From Bacillota bacterium (lineage in GTDB: Bacteria > Bacillota > Clostridia > Monoglobales > Firm-18), in contig JALOAJ010000014.1 of assembly GCA_023228885.1 (NCBI GenBank), positions 973 to 64,972 of the forward strand: a stretch of 64,000 nucleotides of DNA. The letters run 5' to 3'. Under the pieces are notes generated by a model that saw only the letters and a list, made by a program, of their open reading frames with translations, did not search any database and was not told the origin of the DNA. Made by a program: the position numbers and the translations under genes. Below are positions 50,590 through 60,702 of the stretch, in pieces; within the stretch, counting starts at the first letter, position 1, and the number at the start of each line of letters is the position of its first letter.

Positions 50590-52185
50590 TCATTCAGTAA
50601 ATTTTGCGTATTGTTTCGGCGTCATGCCTGTATGTTTTTTAAAGATGTAACTGAAATATGTGGCATCCTTATAACCGACCAACTCTGCAATTTCATAAAT
50701 TTTATAATTAAAGGCTTGCATTAAATGTTTAGCCCTTTCTATGCGATATTCGGTAAGGCATTGATTAAAGGTTTTACCTGTTTCATCCTTAAACAAATGC
50801 ATAAGATAGTAGGTGCTAATGTGCAGCTCCTCTGCCACCTGCTCAACCGTCAATGGTTGGTCGTAGTCACGAGCGATAATCGCCTTGATTTCTTGAACCC
50901 TTTTACTGTCATTGTGTCCTGTGTTGGCATCGAGCATGCGGGTAATAACAGCGTTTGTCCATTTTTCCACATCGTCAACCGTTTCCAATTTTCGAAGTTC
51001 AACAGCCGGCACAAGCGTTCGCCCATAAATTAAATTAATTTCCTCTACATTTTTAAACGCAGAACGCAATAAAACAATTATCATTTCAAGAATGACATCC
51101 TTGATGCTTTCAACATCCGCAATGGGAATTTTTTTCATCTTGAAAAAAATTTCATTAACCACTTCCAACGCCTTTTCCTTTGCCCCGGTCTTAATTAAAG
51201 ATAGTATCTCGTTAACAGTATTGTTGGGAATAACCAAAGCGCTGCTCATAAAGCTTGGAACACTGGTATAATCAATTATTACATTGTCTCCTACAAACTT
51301 TTTATAAGATAAAGCCTTTTTAGCCTCTCGATAGGCATCATGTAGTTGCGCCGTTCCCATATGACCCATTGAATAGCCTATGGACAACGTCATTCCGGTA
51401 GCCGCTTCAAACTGCTCTTTAATGGCAGACAAGTAATTTACCAATAGTGAAGTCGAGGATTGAAGCCATTTGTAATGGTCATCATGATAATAAATTAGTT
51501 GAATGGTATGCCCATCAGCCACCTTACAGGTGATGGAACGAATGCTATCCAACATATTACTGACATATTCGATTACATCGCAAAGGGCTCTGTGTGTGCC
51601 CGATAAATCATTGGTTTCAAAATTATCCACCTTAATGCTTGCAACTGTATATTCATTTTCCGGCAAGTGAATTCCAAAAAGGGCGCACTGGCTTTCAATT
51701 TGCGCAGGGTCGCTTATACTGCCCTCCAATAGCCCAATTATAAAGGAGTCCCTCATCAAAAACTCACGCGACTTCATGCTTTCAAGGGCATCGTGTTGCT
51801 GCCTGCGCTCAGTCAGACGGCTTTTAAGTTTCTGCATAATGGTGATTAATTCTTGCTCTTTAATAGGCTTTAGTATATACGCGCCTGCACCGCCGTCTAA
51901 AGCTTCGCGAACATAATTAAATTCGTCAAAAGCTGTTAAAATTACTATTTCAGCATCAAAACAAGCCGTTTCACGAAGCTTGCGAATCAATTGCAACCCA
52001 TCCATTTTTTTCATACGAATATCGGTAATTATTATATCAGGTTTAAACTTTAAATATTGCTCATAACCTTCTATACCATTCACAGCCTCGCCGACTATCT
52101 CAAACCCATACGCATTCCAATCTATTGTTTCCCTGATTCCTTTTCGCACTAAATATTCATCATCTACGATCAGAACCTTAATCAT
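50590..52185 (-). CDS. Response regulator with a receiver domain and a C-terminal AraC-type HTH (YesN-like)
   Basis: Receiver (VLIVDDE...DIIITDIRMKKMDG) and an AraC HTH (GY.DA.YFS..FKK..G.TP..Y). 531 aa. Confidence 0.9.
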   Translation of the reverse strand: MIKVLIVDDEYLVRKGIRETIDWNAYGFEIVGEAVNGIEGYEQYLKFKPDIIITDIRMKKMDGLQLIRKLRETACFDAEIVILTAFDEFNYVREALDGGAGAYILKPIKEQELITIMQKLKSRLTERRQQHDALESMKSREFLMRDSFIIGLLEGSISDPAQIESQCALFGIHLPENEYTVASIKVDNFETNDLSGTHRALCDVIEYVSNMLDSIRSITCKVADGHTIQLIYYHDDHYKWLQSSTSLLVNYLSAIKEQFEAATGMTLSIGYSMGHMGTAQLHDAYREAKKALSYKKFVGDNVIIDYTSVPSFMSSALVIPNNTVNEILSLIKTGAKEKALEVVNEIFFKMKKIPIADVESIKDVILEMIIVLLRSAFKNVEEINLIYGRTLVPAVELRKLETVDDVEKWTNAVITRMLDANTGHNDSKRVQEIKAIIARDYDQPLTVEQVAEELHISTYYLMHLFKDETGKTFNQCLTEYRIERAKHLMQAFNYKIYEIAELVGYKDATYFSYIFKKHTGMTPKQYAKFTE

Positions 52186-53072
52186 GCGTCACCTCGTTTA
52201 ATAAAAAGTTCCATTTTCTCATGTAAAGCGTTCAACGATGCAATGATATTATGTATAAACCGAACTAAAAACCATCGAAAAATTATCATTAACACTACAA
52301 AAGCCGTTATCAACAAGACTTTAAAAAAATTTAACTGACTGTTCAAATAAGTCATAGGTATGCAAAATTCAATCATTTGTCTTCCGCCGTTAATGGGTAT
52401 GTTGAAGTGTCGGGCGCCCCCCTCCCTAAACTGTCCGCCGCCTTTATTGTCCAGTTGTATTATTTCGCTGCCGTCTCGTAAAAAAATTCGGGCATCCCGC
52501 AAAAAGATATTATCCTGACGAATACGCGCCGCTAAAATATTTAAATCCACATCAACAGCAAAATAACCATTTTTACTGCCCGCCAAGGGCATTATAAAAA
52601 AAACAATTCTTTGTTTATATTCTCCCCCCTGCAGGCTGACCCATTGCCGTGCGGGCGACTCTTTCAATGTCGCAGCCACCGAACGGTGGACTTCTCCAAG
52701 ATAGTAGCTGTCAGTAGCGTAAACCATGTCTCCGCCATCATAAACCGCTGCCCCGGTCACAGAGATGTTATATGCCTTTATGTCTCTCAAACGCGCGTTT
52801 ATGTTGTTTTGCCGATTAGGCGCATTAATACTCTCAAGCAAGCGTTCACGGCTTAGAAAAAGGTTTGCCGTATACTGCATGTGCGCAATCCGCATATCAG
52901 CCTCGGCAGCTGCCAGCATTGAAAACCCGCGTGATTTTTCCGTAAAGTCCTCCCGCATCATATTAGATACAACAAGATAAACCAATACAAATAAAATAAG
53001 CAGAATAAAAGCCACAACAGACAGTATTACATATTTTAGTTTTCGTTCCAATAAAGTAAACATAAATATCAC
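52182..53072 (-). CDS. Membrane protein resembling the sensor half of a YesM-type kinase (TM - periplasmic domain - TM - short linker), with no kinase core
   Basis: 296 aa with TM1 at about residues 14-36, a domain of about 200 aa, then TM2 and a short helix. Its stop overlaps the response-regulator start (ATGA). The start codon is uncertain (GTG 53072 or ATG 53063). Confidence 0.5.
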   Translation of the reverse strand: MIFMFTLLERKLKYVILSVVAFILLILFVLVYLVVSNMMREDFTEKSRGFSMLAAAEADMRIAHMQYTANLFLSRERLLESINAPNRQNNINARLRDIKAYNISVTGAAVYDGGDMVYATDSYYLGEVHRSVAATLKESPARQWVSLQGGEYKQRIVFFIMPLAGSKNGYFAVDVDLNILAARIRQDNIFLRDARIFLRDGSEIIQLDNKGGGQFREGGARHFNIPINGGRQMIEFCIPMTYLNSQLNFFKVLLITAFVVLMIIFRWFLVRFIHNIIASLNALHEKMELFIKRGDA

Positions 53073-53100
53073 AGCATTTCTAAAAGAACTTCATACTACG

Positions 53101-53129
53101 ATTGTATCATGGAAAAAAAGCTCTGTCAA
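53101..53129 (-). promoter_or_regulatory. Candidate promoter of the sensor-RR-HK operon
   Basis: Minus strand reads TTGACA, a 17-nt spacer, then TACAAT. Confidence 0.45.
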
Positions 53130-53159
53130 TTTTGAATCGACTGTATTCATATCAATCAA

Positions 53160-54246
53160 TTATGTGATTGCTATGACCCTTATTCCGCACCGCGAAAACA
53201 CAAACGCAGGCGTACCGGAAACCGGAACGCTTGCCTGCCCTAATATGACCGGAATGTACTTTAAGCTGCCGTCCGCATAAACGACAGTTAGTCCGTTTTC
53301 CAAGCTGTCCGCAGGCTCAACAATCATCGTATGCGGTTCGTCTTTTGCCGCCCAAAGAGCGCTGAACCTGCCGTTTTTAGTTTCGTTCAAAAAATCCAAT
53401 CCAAAATACGGCGCATTAACATTTGCGGTCTTACCTAAGTACATTGCGCCCTGCATAACGGATGACGCCATATAATAACCGTAATAAGCAGGTCTTGGAA
53501 TTCCATACCAATCAACAATGCCATATACATCTTCCGTTTCGCTTGGATTAATCCCGGCATTTTGAAATGCGTACAGATAGCCCTCCCTTATACCTAATGA
53601 GATAGCCAGCAAGTATTGCCGCACAATATAATCCCGTTGCTCTGTCTCGTCGATTACCCGATTGTAATTGTCTGCGTCAGGGTCTGTGCACCATCCCATT
53701 TCGGTAAATATCATAGGTTTGTCCTGGTCACCGAATTCAGCCATTACATTTCGCACATTTTGTATTTTGCTTTCTTGAACCTCCGGATACGCTTTTTCGC
53801 CTTCCGACCAAGGTAAATCCCCATCCATAATTTTGCAATAGGAGTGCAAATCAATCACATCAAATAGTGTTTTGGTTTCCTGTCCATTCTTGCCATCGGC
53901 AATGTAAAGGTCACGCAGCCATGACAAACTGGAGCGCCCCTTCATTATATTTCCTGAATCGCTTCTCGTTAAGGCAGGTTCACTTATAAGGTTGCGGCTG
54001 TCACCGTTATTTCGCACCCTATCCGTGATAACACGCATTCTTTCATTTAAATACCGAGACGCCGGGTTGCCAAGAATAGGTCGCTCCAGTAGCAATCTTT
54101 GGCGTGCTGCCGTAAAGCGGATTACTGGGCGCAAAATTATTACCGCTTAAAATGGATTCCTCAGCCGCAACCCCAACAGGGATGCCTGCTAAGACAATAA
54201 TGCAAGAAAGCAACAAGCCAAGTGTTTTCATACATACCTTTTTCAT
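53160..54246 (-). pseudogene. Secreted glycoside-hydrolase-like protein, apparently frameshifted
   Basis: ORF 54246-54043 encodes a signal peptide (MKKVCMKTLGLLLSCIIVLAGIPVGVAA) and then stops. ORF 54134-53160, in another frame, continues with TIM-barrel GH-like sequence (MIFTEMGW nucleophile-like motif). The two frames overlap at 54043-54146. Confidence 0.4.
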
Positions 54247-54294
54247 GATTACATCTCCTTTTTATTATAATTTAATACGCTTATAAAACAATGT

Positions 54295-55185
54295 TTATCC
54301 CTTTATGCCACTCATGGTAATTCCCTGTATCATATATTTTTGGAAAAAGATAAATACCAATGCAGGCGGTAAAATTGAAAACAACAGTGCAATCATGTAT
54401 TTATCCTCCGAGAATCCGGACGATTTCATTTTAAAAAGCTGCACGGCAACGGTATCCAGTTTTTTATCCCGTATAACCAGATATGGCCAAAAAAACGCTT
54501 CCCATGAAAAATTAACAGAAAATATAGCAACCACAATTAAAATCGGTACGCTAAGCGGCATGATGATTTTCGCAAAAATCCCTAAATCGCTGCAACCGTC
54601 AATTCGGGCTGCTTCGACATAAGAATCCGGAATGGTATCGAAAAAGTTTTTAAACAACATAACATTAAACGCATTTGCCCCCGCCATCAACCACATAGGA
54701 ACATATGTATTCAACATGCTAAAATGCAGCCATGGGAAATCAATAAAAAGTTTAAATAACGGCACCATACTGATTGAGGCGGGTAACATCATTGTCCACA
54801 ACACCAGTTTGTAATATAAGCTTGCGCCTTTCGGTCTCAGCCGCGAAATTACATACCCGGCAAGTCCATTAACAAAGATACAAAAAATTAGCTCGCCTAT
54901 TGCCATAACTATTGTATTTCTATAATAAGTAGCAAATCGCAGAGTTTTCCAAACCTCAATAACTTTTTCAGGATGAAAACTGCGTGGTATTATTGTGGGA
55001 GGCACCGTCAAAAATTCTTTTAAATCCTTAAAACTGGACATGAAAACCCATAAAGGCGGGAACAAGCAGATTGTGGAAATTACAGCCAACAAAGCGAACA
55101 AACACCAATATCCTATTTGTACATGCCGTTTTTTTAAATCTAACGATGTAATTATGCCGCTGCTTTTTTCGCTAAACGCGCGCAT
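54295..55185 (-). CDS. Carbohydrate ABC transporter permease (MalG/AraQ-like)
   Basis: Six TM segments and an EAA loop (EAARIDGCSDLGIFAKIIMP). ATG at 55185 after AGGGGG. Confidence 0.85.
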   Translation of the reverse strand: MRAFSEKSSGIITSLDLKKRHVQIGYWCLFALLAVISTICLFPPLWVFMSSFKDLKEFLTVPPTIIPRSFHPEKVIEVWKTLRFATYYRNTIVMAIGELIFCIFVNGLAGYVISRLRPKGASLYYKLVLWTMMLPASISMVPLFKLFIDFPWLHFSMLNTYVPMWLMAGANAFNVMLFKNFFDTIPDSYVEAARIDGCSDLGIFAKIIMPLSVPILIVVAIFSVNFSWEAFFWPYLVIRDKKLDTVAVQLFKMKSSGFSEDKYMIALLFSILPPALVFIFFQKYMIQGITMSGIKG

Positions 55186-55195
55186 TCTAAGCCCC

Positions 55196-56134
55196 CTATA
55201 TCGAAAGTTTCTTGTCAAGTCTAAAGTAAAATACCGTAATTCCGAGCAATATAACAAATGTGATTACGTTTAAAGCCAATGCCCGTTCCGGCTGAAAGTA
55301 GACGAAAGCATAATTATAACCCTGCAAATTCAAAGATAACGATGCATTGTTCGGCCCGCCGCCGGTCATGGTCATGGGTTCCACCATAACTTGAAAGATT
55401 CCCACAATTTGGCGCACCAGTAAAAGTAATATTATTGGAGATAGGTGCGGAAATGTGATGTATCTCAACTTTAGGAAAAACCCTGCCCCGTCAATAGTGG
55501 ATGCCTCATAAAGTTCTTGGTTTACTCCCTGCAAAGCGGCAAGATATAACACCATTGATGTGCCGCACCCCCGCCAGGTCATACTGGTAATAATCAACGG
55601 AATGGTAAGGATGGGGTTTTGCAGCCATTCGGAATTTTTCAGCCCTATGGAATGCCGAAGCATATTCAATATCCCCCCGTCACCCGGAAGATAAAGAAAG
55701 TACCAAATCAATGCGGCAGCCACAGTCGGCACGATAACCGGAAAATATATTGAAAATTTAAATAACCCCTTTAAATGAACCATTTCATTTAATGCAACCG
55801 CTATTATTATCGGCGGCAAAAAAGAAATTAACAGCGACCAAAAGACATATCCAAAAGTGTTTTTCAGCGCGCCTAAAAACAATGTGTCGCTTAATACCTC
55901 ACGATAATTTTGAAAACCAACAAAACCTGCTGCTTGATAATTTTCTAATTTAAAAAATGATAAAAACACACCTTCAGCGATTGGTCGCCACATAATAAAG
56001 TAAAATAAAAGAACACTTGGCAGTACAATCATCCACGCCTTGCCATTCCTTGTAAAAGCGTTGAGCCATCTATTGGTGCGTTCCCTTGGCGCCCCTGCTG
56101 CAGGTTTCACAGCAATCCGTCTTGTTGGTTTCAA
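55196..56134 (-). CDS. Carbohydrate ABC transporter permease (MalF/AraP-like)
   Basis: EAA loop (EASTIDGAGFFLKLRYITFP). TTG start 6 nt after GAGGTGA. Confidence 0.85.
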   Translation of the reverse strand: MKPTRRIAVKPAAGAPRERTNRWLNAFTRNGKAWMIVLPSVLLFYFIMWRPIAEGVFLSFFKLENYQAAGFVGFQNYREVLSDTLFLGALKNTFGYVFWSLLISFLPPIIIAVALNEMVHLKGLFKFSIYFPVIVPTVAAALIWYFLYLPGDGGILNMLRHSIGLKNSEWLQNPILTIPLIITSMTWRGCGTSMVLYLAALQGVNQELYEASTIDGAGFFLKLRYITFPHLSPIILLLLVRQIVGIFQVMVEPMTMTGGGPNNASLSLNLQGYNYAFVYFQPERALALNVITFVILLGITVFYFRLDKKLSI

Positions 56135-56155
56135 AGAATATCACCTCAATACTGT

Positions 56156-57547
56156 TTATTCCGAAATTTTATCTAAATAATTTTTCTGAAAATCGCTGTT
56201 AGCCTGATTTATAACGGTAGCAGGGTCTGCATTCTTATCGGTTAGCACTGCTTGTATACAAGCATCAAGCGTTTTATAAAGCTCTTGGCAGTTCATCGGT
56301 TCTTCCGGTTTGACACGGACATCTTTAGCGTTCATAAACTGCTCTGCAAATTTAATATCTATATTTTTATATTTATCTATAACATTGGCTTTTGCTTTGA
56401 CAAATTCTTCGTTAACCCACACATTTTGGGGATAGATTCCCACAACTTGACCTTCCTCCGCCCAAGTCTTATAGTTTTCGTCCAAAACTGCTAACAGTTC
56501 GGCAGTCGGTGTGGGGGATTCTCCGGTTATCTCCAGCCATTTTAAAGCGGCATCTATCTGCTCAGGCGCTACGCCGGGTTTAAACATATATGTTTTTCCG
56601 CCGGTTAATGTGAAACGACCTAAAGGACCCTCAGGCATAGGACCTACCGAAAAGTTTTCCTTTTTCATTCCATATGTATCAAACAATTTAAAGTCTGCCG
56701 GGTTGCTAAAATACATAGCGCCCTGGTCTGAAGCAAAAAGCTTCAACATTTCGGGGTTATCCACCAACACATTATCAGGCAATGCATCATATTTCCACTT
56801 CAAATCCTTGATAAATTGCAAAGCGGAGGCAGCTTCCGATGTGTTGAAGGTAGCGGTCCATTTGCCATCTATTTGCTCCATAAAGGTTACACCATGAGAC
56901 CATGCTATACTCATAAAATGCCACCCGCCAAAGTTACTCATAGTCGGCATGATGAAACCGGCCTTGCCGGTCTTCTTTTTGATGATTGAAGCATATTCCC
57001 CCAATTCCTCATAAGTTTTGGGAAAAAGCGGCACACCATTTTCATCAACTAACCCGGCTTCCGTAAACATTGCTACATTAGCAGTTAATCCAAGAATATA
57101 GGCATCCTTGGGAATCCCGTACACACGACCGTTTTTAGTTACAAGTTCCTTCAGCATTGGGTTCATCTTGTCTAAATACCCTGCCTTTTCCAATTCGTCC
57201 GTAATATCAGCGCAATACTTTGCATTGATGATTTTTTGGGTTTCTGTATGGAATGTTTCATACAATGTAGGCAACTGCCCGCTTGTAGCTTTGGGAACAA
57301 AGGAATTCACATCGTAAGCCCATTCATCCGGCACAACCTTAATATCCGGGTATTTGCTTTCCATATTCCTCAAATATGTGTTGTACTGCTCCACCCATTG
57401 CGGGCGATTTTCCGTCGGCCAGTCTCCAACCGATATAGTAACCTTTTCATCTGTTCCGGATGCGCCCTCTTTATTGACATTGGTCATGCACCCTGTTATC
57501 GATAGTGTTATCGTAATACTAAGTAGCATAGCAATCTTTTTCAACAT
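56156..57547 (-). CDS. ABC transporter extracellular sugar-binding lipoprotein
   Basis: Lipobox LSITGC at the N-terminus. 463 aa, located upstream of two permeases. Confidence 0.85.
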   Translation of the reverse strand: MLKKIAMLLSITITLSITGCMTNVNKEGASGTDEKVTISVGDWPTENRPQWVEQYNTYLRNMESKYPDIKVVPDEWAYDVNSFVPKATSGQLPTLYETFHTETQKIINAKYCADITDELEKAGYLDKMNPMLKELVTKNGRVYGIPKDAYILGLTANVAMFTEAGLVDENGVPLFPKTYEELGEYASIIKKKTGKAGFIMPTMSNFGGWHFMSIAWSHGVTFMEQIDGKWTATFNTSEAASALQFIKDLKWKYDALPDNVLVDNPEMLKLFASDQGAMYFSNPADFKLFDTYGMKKENFSVGPMPEGPLGRFTLTGGKTYMFKPGVAPEQIDAALKWLEITGESPTPTAELLAVLDENYKTWAEEGQVVGIYPQNVWVNEEFVKAKANVIDKYKNIDIKFAEQFMNAKDVRVKPEEPMNCQELYKTLDACIQAVLTDKNADPATVINQANSDFQKNYLDKISE

Positions 57548-57705
57548 ATTAATTTCCCCCTAAATTGTTATTTATTTTAGTCGTTTCTTACAATTTATTT
57601 AAGTGTATCACATTATTTTATTGGGAACAATAAACAAACATGTTAATTGTTTAGTATTCCTGCTATTATTTAAAAATAGATAAAACCCAGCCCGTGCATG
57701 GTTTG

Positions 57706-58923
57706 TTATTTAACAAAATAACAAAGAAACTCTGCTATATCGCCTCCCCCTTCCTCAATCACCACATCAATTCTTTTGGTGAAAAAGGATGGAAACCCAC
57801 AAACCGCCCTACGCCCGATTGTATCAGATTGATAAACCTTAATAGGTTCCCCATAGTCGTAAGGGTAACATTTTATGTGATATTTATTAACAAACCCAAA
57901 CACCTTTTCCCTGAGCGTCACATGATTTATAAGTTTAGGCTCATCAAATTCTACTGTGTATACATTATCATTTTTGCTCGAAAACCCAACATTTAAAGGT
58001 GATGCGAACATTTCTCGAATAAGGGCTCCAAACTCGCGGATGCGAATGCTATCCTTATCCGGTAGTAAGCCTCGCCTATCGGGGGCAATGTTTAACAGCA
58101 AGTTAGCCCCACGACCAATGGTATAGTAATATATTCCGATTAGCTCATCCAAACTTTTGATGGTATCCTCATCAGCATCGCTGTAAAACCAATTGTGCCG
58201 CCGCATTCGTATGTCGCATTCTACCGGTAGGAACCGCTCATTATCTAATTCATCCTTTGTTTCGGTTTTTACTGAAAAGGAAAGGGCATTAACCCTCAGC
58301 TCGTTCGGCATATGAGCGTACCCCGATTCATTTCCCACCCAACGGGTATCGGGATCCCACATATTAAACAACAGTATTTCCGGCTGTAAGCCGCGTATCA
58401 CTTTTACAATACGGTTAGAATCATATGTATGACCCTCCGAGCCGCACCCATCAAACCATAAATAATCAATTTTTCCGTAGTTCGTAAGCAGCTCGCTTAC
58501 CTGATTTATAAAATAATCATCATACTCCGCTGCAGATTTTTTCGTAAAACCAAACTCTGCCGGAGAGTAATACAACCCCACCTTTAACCCATGGGCACGA
58601 CAAGCAACGGTAAATTCTTGCACAACATCGCCGCTGCCGTTCTTCCAAGGAGTATTCGCTACTGAATACCCAGTATATTTCGAAGGCCAGTTTGCAAACC
58701 CGTCATGATGTTTGCAAACCAATATTGCATATTTAGCCCCGGCATCCTTTGAAACCTTCAACCACTGATTACAATCCAACTTGGTCGGATTAAACCCGCT
58801 TAGGGGCATATCCTTCATGTCCCAATCCTTATGCCCTTCGTAAAATGTCCTTATGCCAAAATGAAAAAATACACCAAATTCCCATTCCAAAAAATCCAGC
58901 TGCTCATTTTTGGGTTTAATCAT
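57706..58923 (-). CDS. Alpha-L-fucosidase, GH29 family
   Basis: FGVFFHFG, YAILVCKHHDGFANWPS and DYLWFDG motifs characteristic of GH29. 405 aa with no signal peptide. Confidence 0.88.
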   Translation of the reverse strand: MIKPKNEQLDFLEWEFGVFFHFGIRTFYEGHKDWDMKDMPLSGFNPTKLDCNQWLKVSKDAGAKYAILVCKHHDGFANWPSKYTGYSVANTPWKNGSGDVVQEFTVACRAHGLKVGLYYSPAEFGFTKKSAAEYDDYFINQVSELLTNYGKIDYLWFDGCGSEGHTYDSNRIVKVIRGLQPEILLFNMWDPDTRWVGNESGYAHMPNELRVNALSFSVKTETKDELDNERFLPVECDIRMRRHNWFYSDADEDTIKSLDELIGIYYYTIGRGANLLLNIAPDRRGLLPDKDSIRIREFGALIREMFASPLNVGFSSKNDNVYTVEFDEPKLINHVTLREKVFGFVNKYHIKCYPYDYGEPIKVYQSDTIGRRAVCGFPSFFTKRIDVVIEEGGGDIAEFLCYFVK

Positions 58924-59083
58924 AACTGCTACCTCCGTTTGTTTTTAAATTCGACTATTTTGCGGTTATCTTTACAACGCAAGATTTTACATGGCAATTA
59001 TAACATGGCAAAAACTTTGGTACAATTAATAAACATGCTAAATGTTTGGTAATCATGCTATTTTGTCATTTTTTAATAATGTA

Positions 59084-59112
59084 TTGACAAAAGCATGATT
59101 TGAACATATAAT
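59084..59112 (+). promoter_or_regulatory. Consensus sigma-A promoter upstream of the FMN riboswitch
   Basis: TTGACA (59084-59089), a 17-nt spacer, then TATAAT (59107-59112). Confidence 0.65.
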
Positions 59113-59164
59113 AAAAATAAGGGTTGTTGAATTTATTTACCCTTGTGCATATGTGCTTAAAAAT

Positions 59165-59356
59165 TAAATTCTTCAGGGACGGGTGAAATTCCCTACCGGT
59201 GGTAAAGCCCACGAGCCGTGTATTCATTATACGGCAGATTCGGTGCAATTCCGAAGCCGACAGTAATGACGGCGCTTTTTGCGCCCTCTTAGTCTGGATG
59301 AAAGAAGCATACGATTATTAATGCTGTCCCGTTGCCATTTGGCATCGGGCTTTTTT
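59165..59356 (+). promoter_or_regulatory. FMN riboswitch (RFN element) with an intrinsic terminator
   Basis: Conserved RFN cores are present: TTCTTCAGGGACGGGTGAAATTCCCTACCGGTGGTAAAGCCCACGAGCC, GGTGCAATTCCGAAGCCGACAGT and AGTCTGGATGAAAGAAG. The terminator is CCCGTTGCC-ATTT-GGCATCGGG followed by CTTTTTT at 59328-59356. It lies upstream of ribU. Confidence 0.9.
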
Positions 59357-59416
59357 AATAAAATAAACAGGCTGTATTGACCAATTAAATATAGCTAAAA
59401 TAAGGAGCAATGAAAA

Positions 59417-60010
59417 ATGGAAAAATCAAAAATTAGAAAAATCACTATAACTGCCGTTTTATCGGCTATTTCGGCTGTTTTAATGTTCTTGGAAACGCCT
59501 TTGCCGGGTTTCCCGCCCTTTTTACAGATTGACGCCAGCGATTTGCCCGCAATTATATGCGCATTTGGTATCGGACCGATTTGGGGCGTTGCGGTTGGAC
59601 TGATAAAAAATTCAGTTCACATGCTTGCCACAAAAACAATGGTTGCCGGCGAAATTGCAAATTTCTTAATAGGGGCATCCTTTGTTTTGCCTGCGGGAAT
59701 TATATATAAAAAAAATCACACAAAAAAAGGGGCGTTATTAGGTCTTGTAATCGGCACGGTTACAATGGCGCTTGCCGGCGTTTTAACAAACCTATACATA
59801 ACGTTGCCTTTTTATTCAAAGATGATGCCGATGGATACTATTATCGAAATATCCAATAAGGTGAACCCTTATATTAAAGATGTAATGACGCTTACGCTTT
59901 ATGGAATCACTCCCTTTAATATTTTGAAGGGTATTTTGCTGTCTGCTATAACAATGCTTATTTACAAGCCTCTATCGCCAATATTGCATTATTCAAAAAG
60001 ACCGTGCTAA
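59417..60010 (+). CDS. ribU: ECF-transporter S component for riboflavin (RibU)
   Basis: 197 aa with 6 TM segments and the RibU-like pattern (P.....LQID.SDLP......GP..G). It is controlled by the FMN riboswitch. Confidence 0.85.
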   Translation: MEKSKIRKITITAVLSAISAVLMFLETPLPGFPPFLQIDASDLPAIICAFGIGPIWGVAVGLIKNSVHMLATKTMVAGEIANFLIGASFVLPAGIIYKKNHTKKGALLGLVIGTVTMALAGVLTNLYITLPFYSKMMPMDTIIEISNKVNPYIKDVMTLTLYGITPFNILKGILLSAITMLIYKPLSPILHYSKRPC

Positions 60011-60032
60011 TTTCATTCTTTTTTACAAAAAA

Positions 60033-60060
60033 ACAGCCGTCTAATTGTCTTGACGGCTGT
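60033..60060 (+). terminator. Hairpin downstream of ribU (possible terminator)
   Basis: ACAGCCGTC - 10 nt loop - GACGGCTGT. The downstream tract is A/T-rich but not a clean U-run. Confidence 0.4.
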
Positions 60061-60167
60061 TAAATAATAAATTAGAGGAAACCGGTTAAGTGAAACAATA
60101 TTATTATTGTCAATGCTATTGACAAATATGTATAATACGGTAAAATATATTAAGGGATGATAACGCA

Positions 60168-60698
60168 ATGAAGGTTATCGCTGGTGTGGCAAAAGGTCAC
60201 AAATTAAAAACAACGGCGGGCAAACACACCCGCCCAACTTCGGGTAAGGTTAAAGAGGCAATGTTCTCTATAATCCAATCATTTTTGCACAACAGCATGG
60301 CACTTGATTTGTTCGCAGGCAGCGGCGCTCTTGGCATAGAAGCGCTAAGCAGGGGGGCAAGCTATTGTGATTTTGTTGAGCAAAGCAAAAAAGCCGTTGA
60401 AATAATAGCGTTTAATTTGGAAAAAACGAGGCTTAATAACTATAATATACACAATACCGCTGTAAAAAATTTTTTATCTGCCTGCACATCGAAATATGAT
60501 TTGGTTTTTATTGACCCGCCTTATAATAAAAATTTGCCGTCACAGGTGTTGCAGCTTATGAGCGAGCGGGCTTTGCTTGCAGACAATGCAATTATTGTGT
60601 GCGAAACAGGCGCAGACGAAAAGATAGATACAAGCCTTAAAATATATAAGCAATCAGTTTATGGCGACACAAAACTTACTTTTTATGAAAACAGGTGA
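60168..60698 (+). CDS. rsmD: 16S rRNA (guanine966-N2)-methyltransferase RsmD
   Basis: RPT..KVKEA.F, LDLFAGSGALGIEALSRGA and DPPY motifs. 176 aa, upstream of coaD as usual. Confidence 0.9.
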   Translation: MKVIAGVAKGHKLKTTAGKHTRPTSGKVKEAMFSIIQSFLHNSMALDLFAGSGALGIEALSRGASYCDFVEQSKKAVEIIAFNLEKTRLNNYNIHNTAVKNFLSACTSKYDLVFIDPPYNKNLPSQVLQLMSERALLADNAIIVCETGADEKIDTSLKIYKQSVYGDTKLTFYENR

Positions 60699-60702
60699 TA
60701 AT

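Noticed and set aside
57706-58923. Possible functional link between the GH29 alpha-L-fucosidase and the L-FucNAc glycan locus
   Set aside because: The sugars differ (L-fucose versus N-acetyl-L-fucosamine). The genes are 14 kb apart in separate operons with different GC content. The fucosidase belongs to the ABC/two-component uptake locus.
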